From contig CM030335.1 of NCBI GenBank assembly GCA_017654855.1, forward strand, positions 992,001 to 1,056,000: a stretch of 64,000 bases of DNA, read 5' to 3'. A program made the translations under genes and the position numbers. The notes beneath the pieces are model-generated. The model saw only the letters and a program-made list of their open reading frames with translations. It had not been told where the DNA came from and did not search any database. Positions 36,075-50,033 of this stretch are shown piece after piece. The stretch's first letter is position 1, and the number at the start of each line of letters is the position of its first letter. This DNA is from Podospora anserina (taxonomy: Eukaryota).

Positions 36075-38012
36075 TTAGGTCGTGTGGCGTTCGCCCTCCT
36101 TCAAGCTTTGAACTCTATGCCTCTCCAGGCCAGCAGTCTCATCCAACTCTACAGGCTCACCCATGGTAATCTCGCTCTTGGGTGAGTTAATAAGGGGTGA
36201 AGGCATAGGCTTCGATACCTCTTTGCCTTCCCAGTGCCTAGCCTCCCTCGCCAAAGGGCGCCACCAATCCCCTTCCCGAGCATGCCACTGCCCGCTGCAT
36301 AGCTCCCAAAGTCTACTCGTGGCTCTCTTGTACGCGAATCTTTCGTCTTCACCGGTGAAACCCCCGGTTTTGGTAAAGTCAATCTTGCTCTCCTGTTCCT
36401 TGCCAAAATCCGAGTCCTGATCCGGATCATATTTGGCATTTCTGGAGTCGGCATAAGTAGAGATGTTGGGCCGGAAGGGGGACATTTGATCTTGGAAAAC
36501 CTCTGCAATGGTCTCGGAATAGGTAGCATCATCGACAACCTCAACTTGGGCCGGAGTGGTCCCAGTTCCGTCCGTTGTTCTACCCGACGCCCTCATCTCC
36601 GGGAAGAACAAGTCATCAGGGCCGACCTCAGCACGAACAATGAGCTTGCAGCGTGACTCGTACAGGGCGTCCAAAAAGGTGATGAAGCTTCTGGCCTCGT
36701 TCTTCATGGAAAAGTCCAAACCAGGAATCTTATCAATGATGAAGGTGTGGTAGTTGGACGCCAGACTGATGTAATCTGCGGGACCTAGAGATCTCACGAG
36801 TTCATCAAAACTCCAGCACGCCACTCCGTGTCGCTGTCTGGGAGCAGTTACCTTCCTCCCATACACTATGTGAGAGTATGGCTCCCAATCCCCAGTGTCT
36901 GAGTAAATGGTTTGCCATGTTTCCTGATTTTGAGATGGTAGGAAATACATCGCTGGTGCCTGTGCCGAAGAGTTGCTTTCGACCTCTTCATGGCCATGCT
37001 CAGCAGTACTGACGGCTGTTCTTGCTGGCCAACTCTCGGCATGCAAAGTACCAGATGACTCCGCAACAGGGAGAGTAGCACTGCCATGGCTTTCCCTTCT
37101 CCGCCAGTCCCGCGTGCCCTCCATGTGCCAGAAGTCACATCGAGCCTTCAGAACTTCCAGAAAGCTGGCAAAATCACTCGTCTTCCCAAACAGCTCGCCA
37201 TACTGACTCTTGCCATACCCTAGTACCCTTTCCACAAGTCCACCGGTGGTTGGTGGCGAGTAGTAACCACCCGTGGCTTTCTCAAGCTCCTCGGGCATTC
37301 TGTTGGACGAAGCAATGAGAACACCACCCAACTGGAAAAAGGCAATGAAAAGATTGTTCATGATCTTGCTGGCGGCTCGATCAGGGAGCTGAAACTCATC
37401 AAGAAAGAGAATGGGAGACTGCTCAACCATTTCCTTTGCTATCCACAGCAGCGAGTACTCTGCGCCGTGTGTTGACAAGACCTTGGAGTGCGACTTTCGG
37501 AATTCTTCCAGCCGTGAAAAGGCGTGAAGCATGAATGTGTTATAATGCCACCTCTTCTTCCCTTGTGTAGGAAGACCCTCGGCCAAGAGATCGAGCAACA
37601 TCGATTTGCCTGTGCCCACCTCGCCCGACAGAAAAAGCCCTTTGGGAGAGTTTACATGGAGAGCGGCTTGCTGGTCAGTGAGTGTTCTTGTCAGGGCAAG
37701 ACTGTCTTTGCTGTCGTCTCGCTGAAAAAGTTTGGAAAAGAGAGGATTCCGACGAATGGGATGGGTGGGAGACGCTATATCGTCTCCTCCATGTGCACTC
37801 GTGGTGACAGGATCAATGGCTCTGGCAATCTGGCCCAGCCTGCTTCGATACTCGTGGGTGGGTTTGTAGTCTTTGAGTCTTGTGTATATCTTTTGGAGGT
37901 GGTGTGCGAGACGGTACTGTGCCGCATCAGGGCTGTAAGCACCTGTAGCTATCAGGGACGTGTACTTGACAAAGGGGTCAGTGATGGTGATGGATGTGGC
38001 CGCTCGGTTCAT
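36075..38012 (-). CDS. AFG1: AFG1/ZapE-like P-loop ATPase, intronless
   Basis: PKGLFLSGEVGTGKSMLLD (Walker A), ILFLDEFQLPD (Walker B), SSNRMPEEL, FITFLDALYE, GEDERFAYKRATSRL. Confidence 0.9.
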   Translation of the reverse strand: MNRAATSITITDPFVKYTSLIATGAYSPDAAQYRLAHHLQKIYTRLKDYKPTHEYRSRLGQIARAIDPVTTSAHGGDDIASPTHPIRRNPLFSKLFQRDDSKDSLALTRTLTDQQAALHVNSPKGLFLSGEVGTGKSMLLDLLAEGLPTQGKKRWHYNTFMLHAFSRLEEFRKSHSKVLSTHGAEYSLLWIAKEMVEQSPILFLDEFQLPDRAASKIMNNLFIAFFQLGGVLIASSNRMPEELEKATGGYYSPPTTGGLVERVLGYGKSQYGELFGKTSDFASFLEVLKARCDFWHMEGTRDWRRRESHGSATLPVAESSGTLHAESWPARTAVSTAEHGHEEVESNSSAQAPAMYFLPSQNQETWQTIYSDTGDWEPYSHIVYGRKVTAPRQRHGVACWSFDELVRSLGPADYISLASNYHTFIIDKIPGLDFSMKNEARSFITFLDALYESRCKLIVRAEVGPDDLFFPEMRASGRTTDGTGTTPAQVEVVDDATYSETIAEVFQDQMSPFRPNISTYADSRNAKYDPDQDSDFGKEQESKIDFTKTGGFTGEDERFAYKRATSRLWELCSGQWHAREGDWWRPLAREARHWEGKEVSKPMPSPLINSPKSEITMGEPVELDETAGLERHRVQSLKEGERHTT

Positions 38013-39107
38013 GGCTGTTGATTCTCAGTCTCTCTATTGCCAGAAAACATATCGAAATGGAGAGATATTGGCCAGATTGCTATCTTGGTTATTCCACGCC
38101 GACAAGGTTGGATAGTGAGTGTGTCGTTGGTGGTGGGTGGTCGTTGCGACGGAATATACCGCGACGGAGCCCCAATCCGCGATGATGTCACTCACTGTCC
38201 GTGGTCCCCTAAAAGTCCAGAATTTGCTGACTGCAACGGTGGACTAACCCATTGCGCGGCCTTTCCTCCTGATGGCGAGAAAATGGAATGAGAAGAGGGA
38301 GCTATGGCCAAAAAAGAAAACAATGAGGTGAAAGGTAAAGAGGGATCACAACTACCAAGTGTAAAGGAAGTGAAAAGGTAGTGGTCGAGAGGAAAGTTCC
38401 CAAAGGCTTTTCCGAAAACATGGGGATTGTTAGGGGGAGACTTCGATATCAAACGATGGCCTTCGGTTATACCGCCATGCCATACCTTTGCATTGGATAC
38501 AAAGCATCAAAATAACTGGCTACAAAGCTCTAAAAATTCCCCTTCAAAGACATACAGCTTTGTTTAAGGGTTCACAAAGGCATTGTTAGACCTTAGCTGC
38601 GCTCACTACATCCTGAAATCACCTGGAGATGCTGCTCTCCCAACGTCTCGATTTAACACTATTTTTGCGGTGGAGATCACAGTCTTGGCCGTGCTCCCCA
38701 ATCGGGTGCTAGCGCGAAGAAAGCACTGGCAGCTTGGTCTCCACGTTTTGCGGCTCGGAGCCAATCAGGTATCAATATCTTTTCGACCAAAGTCAACACA
38801 GGCCAATCGCTGAAGGCTTCGTCACTCGTGCCTGTGGAAAGGTCAAACCGAAAAGAAGCGTCGCCCTTCAATTCCATCCTCTTCCGCCCTCTCCAGAACC
38901 CGACAGCAGCCTGTATTTACCTTTTATCAGCGATTTCGAGCATCCTACCCATTCCACCAGAGACATGCTGAGATAGAGCATCGACTACCCGATTTCCACG
39001 AACCCCAGTGGCGTCTCTCTCAATCGGCGGTCCCGTCGCCAGGTCGCGCATCATCAGCACCTGAAGAAAAAAAAACATCACCACATCAAGTCGCGACCGC
39101 GAACTCG

Positions 39108-42100
39108 ATGTTTGCGCCCACTCTCCAAGAAGGCGGGCCCGCGAAGGGAACCCGCAGCAGTCGCCGTCGTCAGCGACCTTTGAGCGGCGAGAATTCAGCA
39201 CAACAACCCAAAGCGAAACGGCAAAGACTGCCATTGTCGGAAACGACTTTTGCGAATCCCGATGCCGCTGCCACTGCCGCGCCCGAGAACTTTGAGGTGA
39301 AGTCGGACCAGCTCGACCTGCTTGGCGCGAAGAGCGACGGCATTGAGAATGTCGGCGTGCCGCGACGGGAGCTCAGTGTCCGTTTCAAGAAGCCAAAGGC
39401 CGGCGAGAGACCAAACAAGGGCGATGGGAGTGTTGTTCTGGTATGTCTCCCATGCGCCATGGATGATCTCGATGTATGCTGACTAGTTACTCTTTACAGA
39501 CACAGAACAATGCGTACACAGTGAGCAAGCTGCCAGCGTTGCCGGATAAGCTCCGCGCCGACGCGCAGAGTAAGACCTACCTGCCTGTACCCTTGGGCGA
39601 GGGAACTCCACGTGGACTTGTGATGCTAACTCCTCTAAAAGACCAACAGCAGGGTGCCATCTTTTCTTCAAGCGGCTATGCCCTGACCCTCACCCATACG
39701 CACGCCTTCGTCTGGCCATATGCATCGACCGTCTCGTCTCCCGAAACATTCGTCTTCACACTCCCCTATCCCTCGAAGCACGTCAACGACCCTCTACCGC
39801 TCGGCTCCCTAGTACCACCATCCGCCGCCTCCGATGAACCGGGTCTGGTGGTTGTCATGCCCGTCAGCGGCAAAATCGCCTACTGGGAATCTATTGCGAG
39901 CGCCGCTACTCTCGACTTCATCCGCCAGCAACGGAACGGGGTCGAGGACACCATCCCGGGTATGTTCTCCGGAGAGCATGTCCTTCAGATTGTAAACGCG
40001 GAAACTTCTGCCTTCGTCCTTGTTCTGAGCAGTGGTCGCCTTGCCTACATGAGCGTCAGGGATACCCACGGCCGACCTGGAATCTCCGTCCAATTCCTCC
40101 GCGACGGCTTGTCCAACAATCTGGTGGGCTTCCTTGGCAACATCCGCAACGCCTTTTCTGGCTCCTCATCTCGGACCGACATTGCAGCCGCACGGGCAAC
40201 ACATGGGTCGAACGTCGGAGAGCGCATCATTGCCGCCGCTTCCACCAAAGGGAGATTATGCTTTTGGAAGATCCATCGTGGCGGTCAGCACGAGTTGCTT
40301 ATCGACTTTCCTCTGCGAGATGCCTTGAGCGAAGCAGTCCGCGCAACCGACAAGAAAGCTCAGGAGTTCACACCGGATTCTTTTGAGGTATTGGACTTTA
40401 CCTTTGTACCACGAGGCGTTGAAGACAAATACATTAGTGCCAGTCGACTCAACAAGTATGACCTTGAACAAGGGATCGACACGGTACAGCATGGATTGTT
40501 GCTAGTATCACACTCGGACAGGCGCCAGTCTCGATATGCCATTGTGGAGGTGACGATCGAGGAGGGTGACTATCGACTTGGTATTGTTCGCCCGATAAAT
40601 TCATACACCACCCCCGTCAGACCTGTTGCTGCCGAGAAACCCCGACTCCACCTACCACGTCCAGCACTTGTTGCTTTCGTCGTATTTGACCGGGCCGTAG
40701 TTGTTGCCTCCATGGGCTTGCTCCCCGAGTCTCCTGACGTGCAACTGCTGGACGACGCTCATGTCTTACCGCCAACGTTTGAGGACGTGATCGACTTTCG
40801 AGATGAGGATTCATTACACGTGGTTGGCTCCGGCAGCGAAGAGCCCAGCAGCAATGATCCGGGTCAAGATGGGCAGCGTATCCACCGATTTAGAACCAAA
40901 AATCCAGCCGTCGTGCTCTTGTTGCAGGGTGTTGGGACTGTCAGGGTTGCCGTGACGGATGTGGACCGATTCACTACTAACCAGCCGCCACAAATCACAG
41001 CAAAGAGCAAGCTCGAGCAGGCCGTCTTCTTTGGGGTCAAGGGGGACAACCCGCTCGTCTTTCGGGGCAAGAGGCAACTTCCTTTTTCCGCGCAGGATAT
41101 TGGAACAGCCGCTATCCTGCTCAGCAGCGAGATCCTGGGCTCCAAGACACCTTTCATTTCCAACATCTCAGCCTCCCTCGAAAACAACCTTCGGCTACGG
41201 ATCAGCTATCTGGATGGCCTAATCTCCTACCTTGGCGAGCTCGCGATTGAGCTGGATGCCCAAACCCGCTGGAAGTTGCTCTACAACGCCGAAAAACTGG
41301 CGGTTGCAACATATGTGTGGCAGAAGCATGAGGACTTCCTCGCACAGCGACCACAAGGAGAGAGAACAGTGGTCACGGAAATCGTTGCCTGGATTCATGA
41401 AAGCCAAAAAACGGACCTCAACATGGCGGTCGGAGAGGTTGATCCTGTCCGGCATTGGTTTATTCATGACGTCTGGAGATTCGACATCTTCCTTGCTTGG
41501 ACTTATCAGGTCATCAAGTACATCTACACAAAGGGAGTTGTCAACTCTGATGATGAAATCACGCGACTGGCATGGGAAGCCGCTACTGTCGAGAACGGAG
41601 CGCTTGCCGAGGCCCGGAAGTTCCGTCTCTCCAGGGCTAATGACTATGGAGTGAGCGGCACTGAGGTCCCGGGCGGCACCGGATTCCCAGAGCCCTGGTC
41701 TGCTACTCATCTCATTATTCACAACCACAAGCGACTTGTTGAGTTCTGTTTCAAGTGGCTCGACTCTCATCAACCAGCACAAGAGAGCAACCCCGCCAAC
41801 AAAATTCTCCTCGAGTCAACCCGAGGTCTGCTGCCACCTTTGATCAGCCAATACCTGCAATCATTGATCGACCAGGCCTCGTGGGCTACGGAAAGTGAAG
41901 TCTCGGAAATTCAGGAACGCGGAAAACTCTATCTGAAGGCGTACGCGGAGGAGGTTTATGACAAGGTAACCCGTCTGAAGGACTTTGAACTCTGGGAGGA
42001 GGCTATCCAGCTTGCCAAAGAGTACAAGGGCTTTGACGCCCTTGCCGAAGTCGTTGTGCAGCAGATTCTGTTGATGGAGCAGAAGGCCGCCAGCGCCGTC

Positions 42101-43450
42101 CCCCAAAACGCCGAGAACATGCAGTTCCAGGTTGAAGAGAAGAAGAAGCGTATGGGCAGGCTATTTGACGACTATGGAGCGAACTTTGCCTTCCGTGCTT
42201 ATGAGGTCCTGCTCGAGAACAGTGGAGTCCAGGCCGTTCTCGACTTTCCATACGACAGACATGGCTTTGCTACGCTATTCCTCCGGGCCAAGCCTGAGCT
42301 GGCCAAGATTTCATGGATCAACGATGTCCAACGAGAACACGATATTGACCATGCTGCCGAAACTCTTCTCAATCTGGGTCTGAGCTGCAAGCAGCAGATC
42401 TGGAATAAGAAGATTGAGCTCAGCCTGGGCAAGCTGGCCTTTATGGCTGAGGAAGCTGAACAGTCCACGAATGGAGACCACGCCAGCAGCGCATTCACTG
42501 ATCTTCTGGCCAAGACCAGCATCAACCTGGAAAAGATTGAACAAGAGCTGGAGATTATCAAGATCCAGGACACTCTCTACAAGACCATCCTGCCCATCAT
42601 CAAGGAGGGGGTTGACGAGTCGGCGGAGCTGGAGCTTCTTCTCAAGGAGCAAGCCGTGCTGATTCCCAAGAGGCAAAAGGCGCTCCACCGGATTTTTGAG
42701 GACGGCATGTCTCGCTTGCTCAAGCACGAGGCGTTGCATCCTGCCACCTTGATCGACCTGCTCACGCTGGGCGACCTGGGCGAGCAGTACGAGCACGTGA
42801 TCCCGGACCCGTTCTGTCTGGCCCTCAAGGTTGCTAAGTACGGCCTCAAGGGCGAGGAACGTGCCAAGGCGGTGCGGCTGATATGGCGTCGCTGTTTTGT
42901 TCGCGACGATTGGAAGGCTGTCAACCAGACTAAGAACAAGGGTGACGAGGCGCAGCTGACGTTGTTGGGCAACACGGCTACCTATCATGCCCTCTTTGCT
43001 GTTTACGAGCAGAGTAAGTTGTTCATTTGTCAGGGACTGGATCACATGCTAACTGCCCACCACGCAACAACAGGACTCTCAGACGACAAGTTCAGCCCGT
43101 TTGTCAAGCCTTCGGAGTGTTTGGGGGTGTACACGGAGGAGGTGGACCGACGGTTTGGGAACTTGGACGAGCAGGCGCAGCAGAAGATATTGGAGAATAT
43201 GAAGTGGGAGGATGATGAGCTGAGGGGGTATGTTGAGAAGGCGAGGGCGGATGCGTGGTTTCTCACGACGAGCGAGTATGCTGAGAAGACGGTGACGGCG
43301 GCGTTTAGCGAGCTGACGGCGGCTGGGAGGTCGAGTGTTAATGGGGATGGTGGGAGCGAGGAGGCGGCGATTCTGAAGAAGTTTGCGGAGAAGGCGGCGG
43401 CGGGTAAGGATGGGGGAAAGAATGGGGGTGGGGGCTTGTTTGCGGTTTGA
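39108..43450 (+). CDS. NUP133: Nucleoporin Nup133; introns at about 39441-39499, 39570-39641 and 43014-43073
   Basis: About 1400 aa; N-terminal beta-propeller motif EPGLVVVMPVSGKIAYWESI; KSKLEQAVFFG; C-terminal KISWINDV..KKIELSLGKLA and WRRCFVRDDW. Confidence 0.88.
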
Positions 43451-45455
43451 GGGGTAGGAGAGGAGAGGATTGTTTGTGGGGTTTTTGTCATGATGATTTT
43501 TTTGCTGTTATTGCTGAAGGGAAGGGAGTGAGCGAGAAAGTACCTAGGGAACGAAAATGAATGTGGGCGTCGGGGGGTGGGGGGGTTGGACTGTCTTTTT
43601 TTTTCATTTTTTTTTCATGTTGATGTTATTAATGGGATGGGGACACACACACACACACAACACACACCAGATGAATGTGACTTCTTTTTTCTCTCTTCTG
43701 TCTGTTTTGTTCTCATAACTATCATGATGTTGGATTTGGAAGGGATGGTGGTGGTGGTGGTGGTGGGTGGGTCGGTGGTTTAAGGCGATGTGTTTTGGGC
43801 GGGGGGGAAGGATGGGAAATACAACAACATTGTTGAGACATAGGCAATGACCAAACTGAAAGTGTAGAAGTAATTCGTCATATAGGCTTGCTACTTTTGC
43901 TGCTTGGGAGTTTTGACTTTTTTTTTCTCTCTCGTTCTGATGGAGTGGGGTGAAAAAGGGGGTGAGAAGCAGCGTATGGAGGTAGTTGAGCATGAGAATT
44001 TCTTGAGTGACATACAAGCTAGCTAGGTGGCTTGAAAAAAGATGTGTGAATGAAGTGAATAATGTGTTTTGATCCGAGGACTGCTGGGAGATGGGAAAGG
44101 AATACTTAATAGGATGGGGGGAGGGTTGCACAACATGGATTGTGAACTTCTTAAAGGAGCAATGATTGCTGTGGAGGGCTGAGAGTTTGAGGGGGGACTG
44201 TGTTCCGGTGGCGTTTCGGTGGTGGTCAGAGGAGGTGAGTTTCTTTCAGGTTTTTATTATCTCGAGTCGTCCAACACCAGCGGGAAGGGGGCAAACAGGT
44301 GCTGGTTATTAGTTGGAGGATGTGAGACAGCCACCTGGGTAGGCAAGCGAACTGAAGATGCATGTCATCGGAAGGTGCACCCGTTGACAACCCTCGAGGA
44401 TGTGTGTGTGGTCTTTGTCGCGAGAATCAGCGTTGATCAGAGCACACAGGTACCCTGGAAGAAATATGATAAAGATCACGAGACCATGAAGCTGTGTTCG
44501 AGGATATAGATGTATAGGATATCATTGGCCACAGTCTGATGATGCCCCCAAAGTTTGACATTTTGTCAAACACATCTGATTCGCCGAATGCAAGCCTCCG
44601 GTTTCTATTTCCGAGGAGAATAATAATTTCCCATCCTTTTCTCCCCAGCAAGAGACGCGACAACCGCCGCCGCCGAGGCGAGAAAGTTTTGAATGAAATG
44701 GTTGGGCTATCCTTAAATTTACAACGGAAAAAATCACTTTCGGTTGTGGTCGTCGTCGGAAATAAATTCAACACTGGCGAGATTTTGGCGTATTGGCACC
44801 AACGGGCATGCCGTCGTCCCTGCATTTTTTTATTTTACTGTACTGCCGGGGACCGAGAGCGAGACAAGCGCTTAGAAAGATGGAATCTAGAACTTTTCGG
44901 GCGGTTATATCAAGGAATGCCACGTTGTTAACCGCGCTGGAAAAGGAAGATGGAAAATGTTTGTCTTTTTGTTACCATACCCCAGGATGAGGAATTATGG
45001 GTGGTGGGACGATGCCCAGAGATGCTTGGTGAGTTGGCCTTGCAGGCTGCTGTTGCAGCTGAATGCTGTGGGGGGTTTCCAGGTTAGAGAGAAAAGGCAG
45101 GTCTCCGAGACAGGATGTCCAAATGAGGAAGGATGGTATGGATGGATAGAGTGTTGTGCTGCAGCAGGATCATGATGGTGATGCTTTCGTGGTGGGTTCA
45201 TCAATGTTCCCCAGCCTCGTCCATCGGGATCGTGTTGCATTTGTGAGCTACACTATTCCTACCTAGAGCCGCCAAGACTTCAACGTTTTTGGCTCAAGGG
45301 GGCAGTGAGAAAAGAAAGAAAACCCTGGTGGTGATGGAGCTTGTGATCATCAACTTGTGGTAACAAAAGCTTGGGTTCCCTTCGGCTTGACCCGGTGGCC
45401 TCACCTTGAGGCTAGGCTGGTGGGCTGCTTGACAGGCGTGTTCATCAGAAGGAAA

Positions 45456-45482
45456 TCAATCAATCAATCAATCAATCAATCA
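45456..45482. repeat. (ATCA)n microsatellite
   Basis: Direct reading, about 6.5 units. Confidence 0.9.
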
Positions 45483-46808
45483 TCTCGACATTGGATCTTC
45501 AAGGAAGGAAGTGGTGTCTGATCTGACGTCGTTTGGATGATGGCCTCTGGCAATGATGAGATGAAAAGCGGGACGGAAAACAGACCCAGCCTCGCAGAAA
45601 AAAAATATGCTCCCCAGACTTTTGTTTGAACAGGGGTTACCCTTCAAGCAGCACCAGGGCTGTTCACCGTCACCGCCTCCTCCTCCGTCCCGCAACTGCA
45701 TCTCGCCTACCCGTTTTACTCTACCGCGTGTTCTCCCGTACCGCACCACCGTCACCGAGACCCGGAGCGAGGACCGAAAGCCTTGTGCCTTTGTGGCAGA
45801 TGAGAAGCGTATGACGGATGGATGGACCAAGATGGGGAACGGTTTGTCCTACCTTCCTCTTTGCTTGTTTGCATACTGTAGCCAGGAGCAGTAGTGTCAT
45901 GCGCCTCAGCCCATTGGCCCCCTTTTTTTATGATGCCGCCGCTGGACGAGATGCCGTTCCGGGAAAGCTTCTAGCGGTGGAGATTTGGGGGTTGGGAAAT
46001 GGATCTCAAAGAGGGTCGTTGGCCTCGGCCATGGATTCTTGATCTCTCTCCTCTCCTTTCCTTTCCTTTCCTTTCGGCATCAACTGCTGGCCCAAGTCTC
46101 TTTTATATGACGACGGCGCCTGGATTTCAATGCATTGGCCAGTGACAAGATTGCAAAGTTGTATCTCTGCTCCACCGTAAATGGAAGCTTGATCGGGAGC
46201 GAGTTTTCTTTTCGGGCGTGAACCGTGGGTGGGCACATGGGAAAAAAGCACGGGGCACATCAACCTGGAAATCCTGGTCTGAATGGAAGCGACGGGCAGC
46301 TAGTTTCGAGTTTGGGTTGGAGGAGCAGCAGCCTCATGTCCTTGATCAGTATCAGAAGCATGGCGATATCAAGGTAACAAAGTTTGAGAGGCAAAGCTCT
46401 GCAGCCGTTTGGCACAAGCATCCATTGGATGACAGTTCAGGTCATGTTGAAAGCCCAGAGGTCGTGACTGGATACGAAGAAGAAGACTGGGGCGCTTTGC
46501 CTCTGTGGGATTTTGACCGTGCACGGCTAGCCCCCTGTCGCGGCCCTCGACTCCGCTGGCCTGCTGCTGCGCTGCCCTGGCACTGGCCGTCCCCTTCTGT
46601 TTCGTTCGTCCTCCTTTAGCTCTCCCTTTGCATTTGCCTTTTCCTCCTTCTCCCATTCCACCTCTCCGCCACACCGCACGACCATCGCCCATCCATCACA
46701 AACCTGTGTGCCTGAGCAAGGGCCGCAGACGACAAGTCGTGTTGGGGCCGATTCGGATAATCGCGACACCCAAGTCAATTCGCTTTGTCTGGTGTTTTGG
46801 TGCCTGGA

Positions 46809-46909
<101 letters not shown>

Positions 46910-47194
46910 ACGGGAGAGAGAGACCCGTCGACTCGGTCAAGAAACGGAATCGTCAATTCAATCCTCCCGCCCTCGCGCCCACCGCCACGTCCACTATCCA
47001 CCCACCCAGCTCGAACACGAACCGCGACCGCTATCCCGACGATCACCGACCGACAGGACAAGACAGAAACCTTACGCCCGCAATTGCTTCGCCTCGCCCG
47101 ACAGCTGAGAGAGAGCTCCGCCCGCCCACCGCCTGGCCCAGGGGTTCTTTCCGCTCACTCCATCCACCTTGACGTCTTGTCCAGAGAACATCGG

Positions 47195-47417
47195 GTGAGT
47201 CTCTCCATACGCCACCCCAATTGTTTATCATTCGCACCGCATGTGCACATTTGTTTCCGCTTCGGCATATTGGTCCAGCCAGTCTTGCCCACTGCCACAC
47301 ACCAAGCCGCCAACTAGGCTGCCCTGTTCACGATCTGGACCGGCAACGCACACGACGCCAAATCATTTGGCCGATGGACCACAAGCAACTCGCGACTGAC
47401 ATCTAAGTCTGCTATAG
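47195..47417 (+). other. Predicted 5'UTR intron of the CK1 gene
   Basis: GTGAGT donor at 47195, CTGAC branch point at about 47396, TAG acceptor at 47417, 76 nt before the ATG. Confidence 0.55.
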
Positions 47418-47493
47418 ATTTACTCCGAGACTGTGCCTATACATACAATTACTGTCGCGTTGCTCCTGATCGCTGACGATCGATTCGCCCGAA

Positions 47494-48952
47494 ATGGCGT
47501 CGTCATCCTCCAACGTTGTTGGTGTACACTATAGAGTGGGAAAGAAAATCGGAGAGGGTTCGTTCGGTGTAATTTTCGAGGGCACAAACCTCCTGAACAA
47601 CCAACAGGTTGCCATCAAGTTTGTACGTGAATCCGACATCTCGTCAAGGGTAGAAGCAAATGCTGACGCGACGTGATTGCAGGAACCAAGAAAGAGCGAT
47701 GCCCCCCAACTGAGAGATGAGTACAGGACATACAAGATCCTTGTCGGGTGCCGTAAGTAGACATGTGCCCACCCATGATGGGCGGGAATGACCTCAGGCT
47801 AACCTTGTCGCAGCTGGCATCCCAAATGTCTACTACTTCGGCCAAGAAGGTCTGCACAACATCCTGGTGATCGATCTTCTCGGTCCATCACTCGAGGATC
47901 TTTTCGACCACTGCAACCGGAGATTCTCCCTCAAGACGGTTGTCATGGTCGCCAAGCAGATGCTGTCCCGCGTCCAAACCATCCACGAGAAGAACCTGAT
48001 CTACCGTGATATCAAGCCCGATAACTTCCTCATCGGCAGGCCAAACTCCAAGACTTCCAATGTCATCCACGTGGTCGATTTCGGTATGGCCAAGCAATAC
48101 CGTGACCCCAAGACGAAGCAACACATTCCCTACCGCGAACGCAAGTCGCTTTCTGGCACTGCTCGTTACATGAGTATCAACACCCATCTTGGTCGCGAGC
48201 AGTCGAGAAGAGACGATCTCGAGGCCCTTGGCCACGTATTCATGTACTTTTTGCGCGGTGGTCTTCCCTGGCAGGGTCTCAAGGCTGCTACTAATAAGCA
48301 GAAGTACGAGAAGATTGGTGAGAAGAAGCAGACGACGCCCATCAAGGAGCTGTGCGAGGGTTTCCCCGAGCAGCTAGTGACGTATCTGACATATGTGCGC
48401 AACCTCGGCTTCGAGGACACGCCCGACTATGACTACCTCCGTGAGCTTTTCACCACGGCGCTCAAGGAGGCTGGCATTCCCGAAGATGGAGAGTATGATT
48501 GGATGAAGGTTGGCAAGCCCGACAGGAAGGGGGACTGGGATCGCCCGGGCGCTTTGCACAACCCAAACGCCCGCCCCGGGGCTTCGGCCATGGAGATCCA
48601 CGGCAACTCGAGGGGGCCGACGACACACCACCAAAGCGACCCGCGAGCCCCTCAATTGAGCATGTCGCATTTAAACGCCGGGAAACCCCTACCGCCCCAG
48701 CCGAACCAGAGGCAGTCGAAGCAAGGACGGCCAAACGCGCCCGCCTTGGGAGCCCAAAGGCCCGCGGTCGGGGGTTACAACATGCCAGCAGCGACACCTA
48801 CGGGATCAACCCAAGCCCAGTTCCAGACCAGCACCCAGAACCTGCCGCAACGACCGATGGCACACTCGCCCGCCATACCTGCTCCCCAGAATAACGCTCA
48901 ACCACAGCCAACAGGCTTCCAGAAGTTCATGAAGACTCTTTGCTGCGGTTAA
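47494..48952 (+). CDS. YCK1: Casein kinase I, membrane-anchored Yck1/2-Cki type (CK1 gamma-like); introns at about 47623-47682 and 47752-47813
   Basis: [62 protein letters not shown]-terminal LCCG palmitoylation motif. Confidence 0.95.
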
Positions 48953-50033
48953 TGGGTTTTGGTTGTTTTTTACGCGTTGATCTGGCGTCTTGCTGAGTAA
49001 GCTTTGCCTTTTTGTTTTGCCTCGAGAGTGTTGACAAGCAAGTCGGCTAACTTGTTGGATCAGCGTTGTAAGCGGCAGCCGGCGGCACGTTCTATATAGA
49101 GGCTTTCGAAGATAGGAGTCCTTTATGATTTGTCTGCGACATGCGTTGTTAGTTTTTTTGCATGGGACATTAGAAGGACGCCTTTCTTACACGGGGGCGC
49201 ATTCCAGCACATTTGGCGCCTTTCCTGGACATCATTACGATTACGATAATCCCGGTCTCTCCCTTTTTTTTCTGTCTTTGTCTTGTCTTTCTGGCCTTTG
49301 ACCTGCTTGCAGCTCTCGCGGAGGATGTTGGTAGGGCTAATAACTACTTCTTGGGCTGGCCTGGCAGGGGAAAATATCAGTCTTGACTTGTTTGGCGCCT
49401 TGGGGGAACGTTTTCACTCTCACTCTCACACTCTCACTCTCACTCTCACTCTCACACATTACACACACACCACCACACATACTCACAGATAAACTCACTC
49501 TAATAATCAGCATCCCTTTTGAGAACATACAGAAAAAGAACGGCATTGTAACAGGGCATGGTTTCATCACTTTTTTTTTCTTTTTTTTTCTTTTGACTCG
49601 TGTGGTTTTTTTCTGGCTGGCTGGACAGGGTGGTGTTTTCCTTTTTTTTTTGGTTTTCTTTTTTCCATCATCGTCTTGTTGTTTTTGCTCGTCCAGAAAT
49701 AATGAAAGAATCTCTCTCTGTCTCCAAAAGAAAAACACAAGCACGAAGAGAAAGAGCCCCCTTGCTATGTTCAGCAGTCAGTCAGTCAGTATACACTCGA
49801 GTTATTGAAAAAGAAAAATTGATTCCGAACCCAACCTGCCCTGTTTTTTGCCTGGTGTATGTTTTCTTTGTTTTATCTGTCTGTATAAGCGTGTGTGTAT
49901 GTGTGGGTGAGTGGGTATATCATTTCTTTTCTTTTTTTGTACAAGACTCTGGGCGTTGTAAAATGGGACAAACATTGTCGTTTTTGTTGTAATTGTTGTT
50001 GTTGTTGTTGTTGTTGTAATGTCTTTTTGTTGT

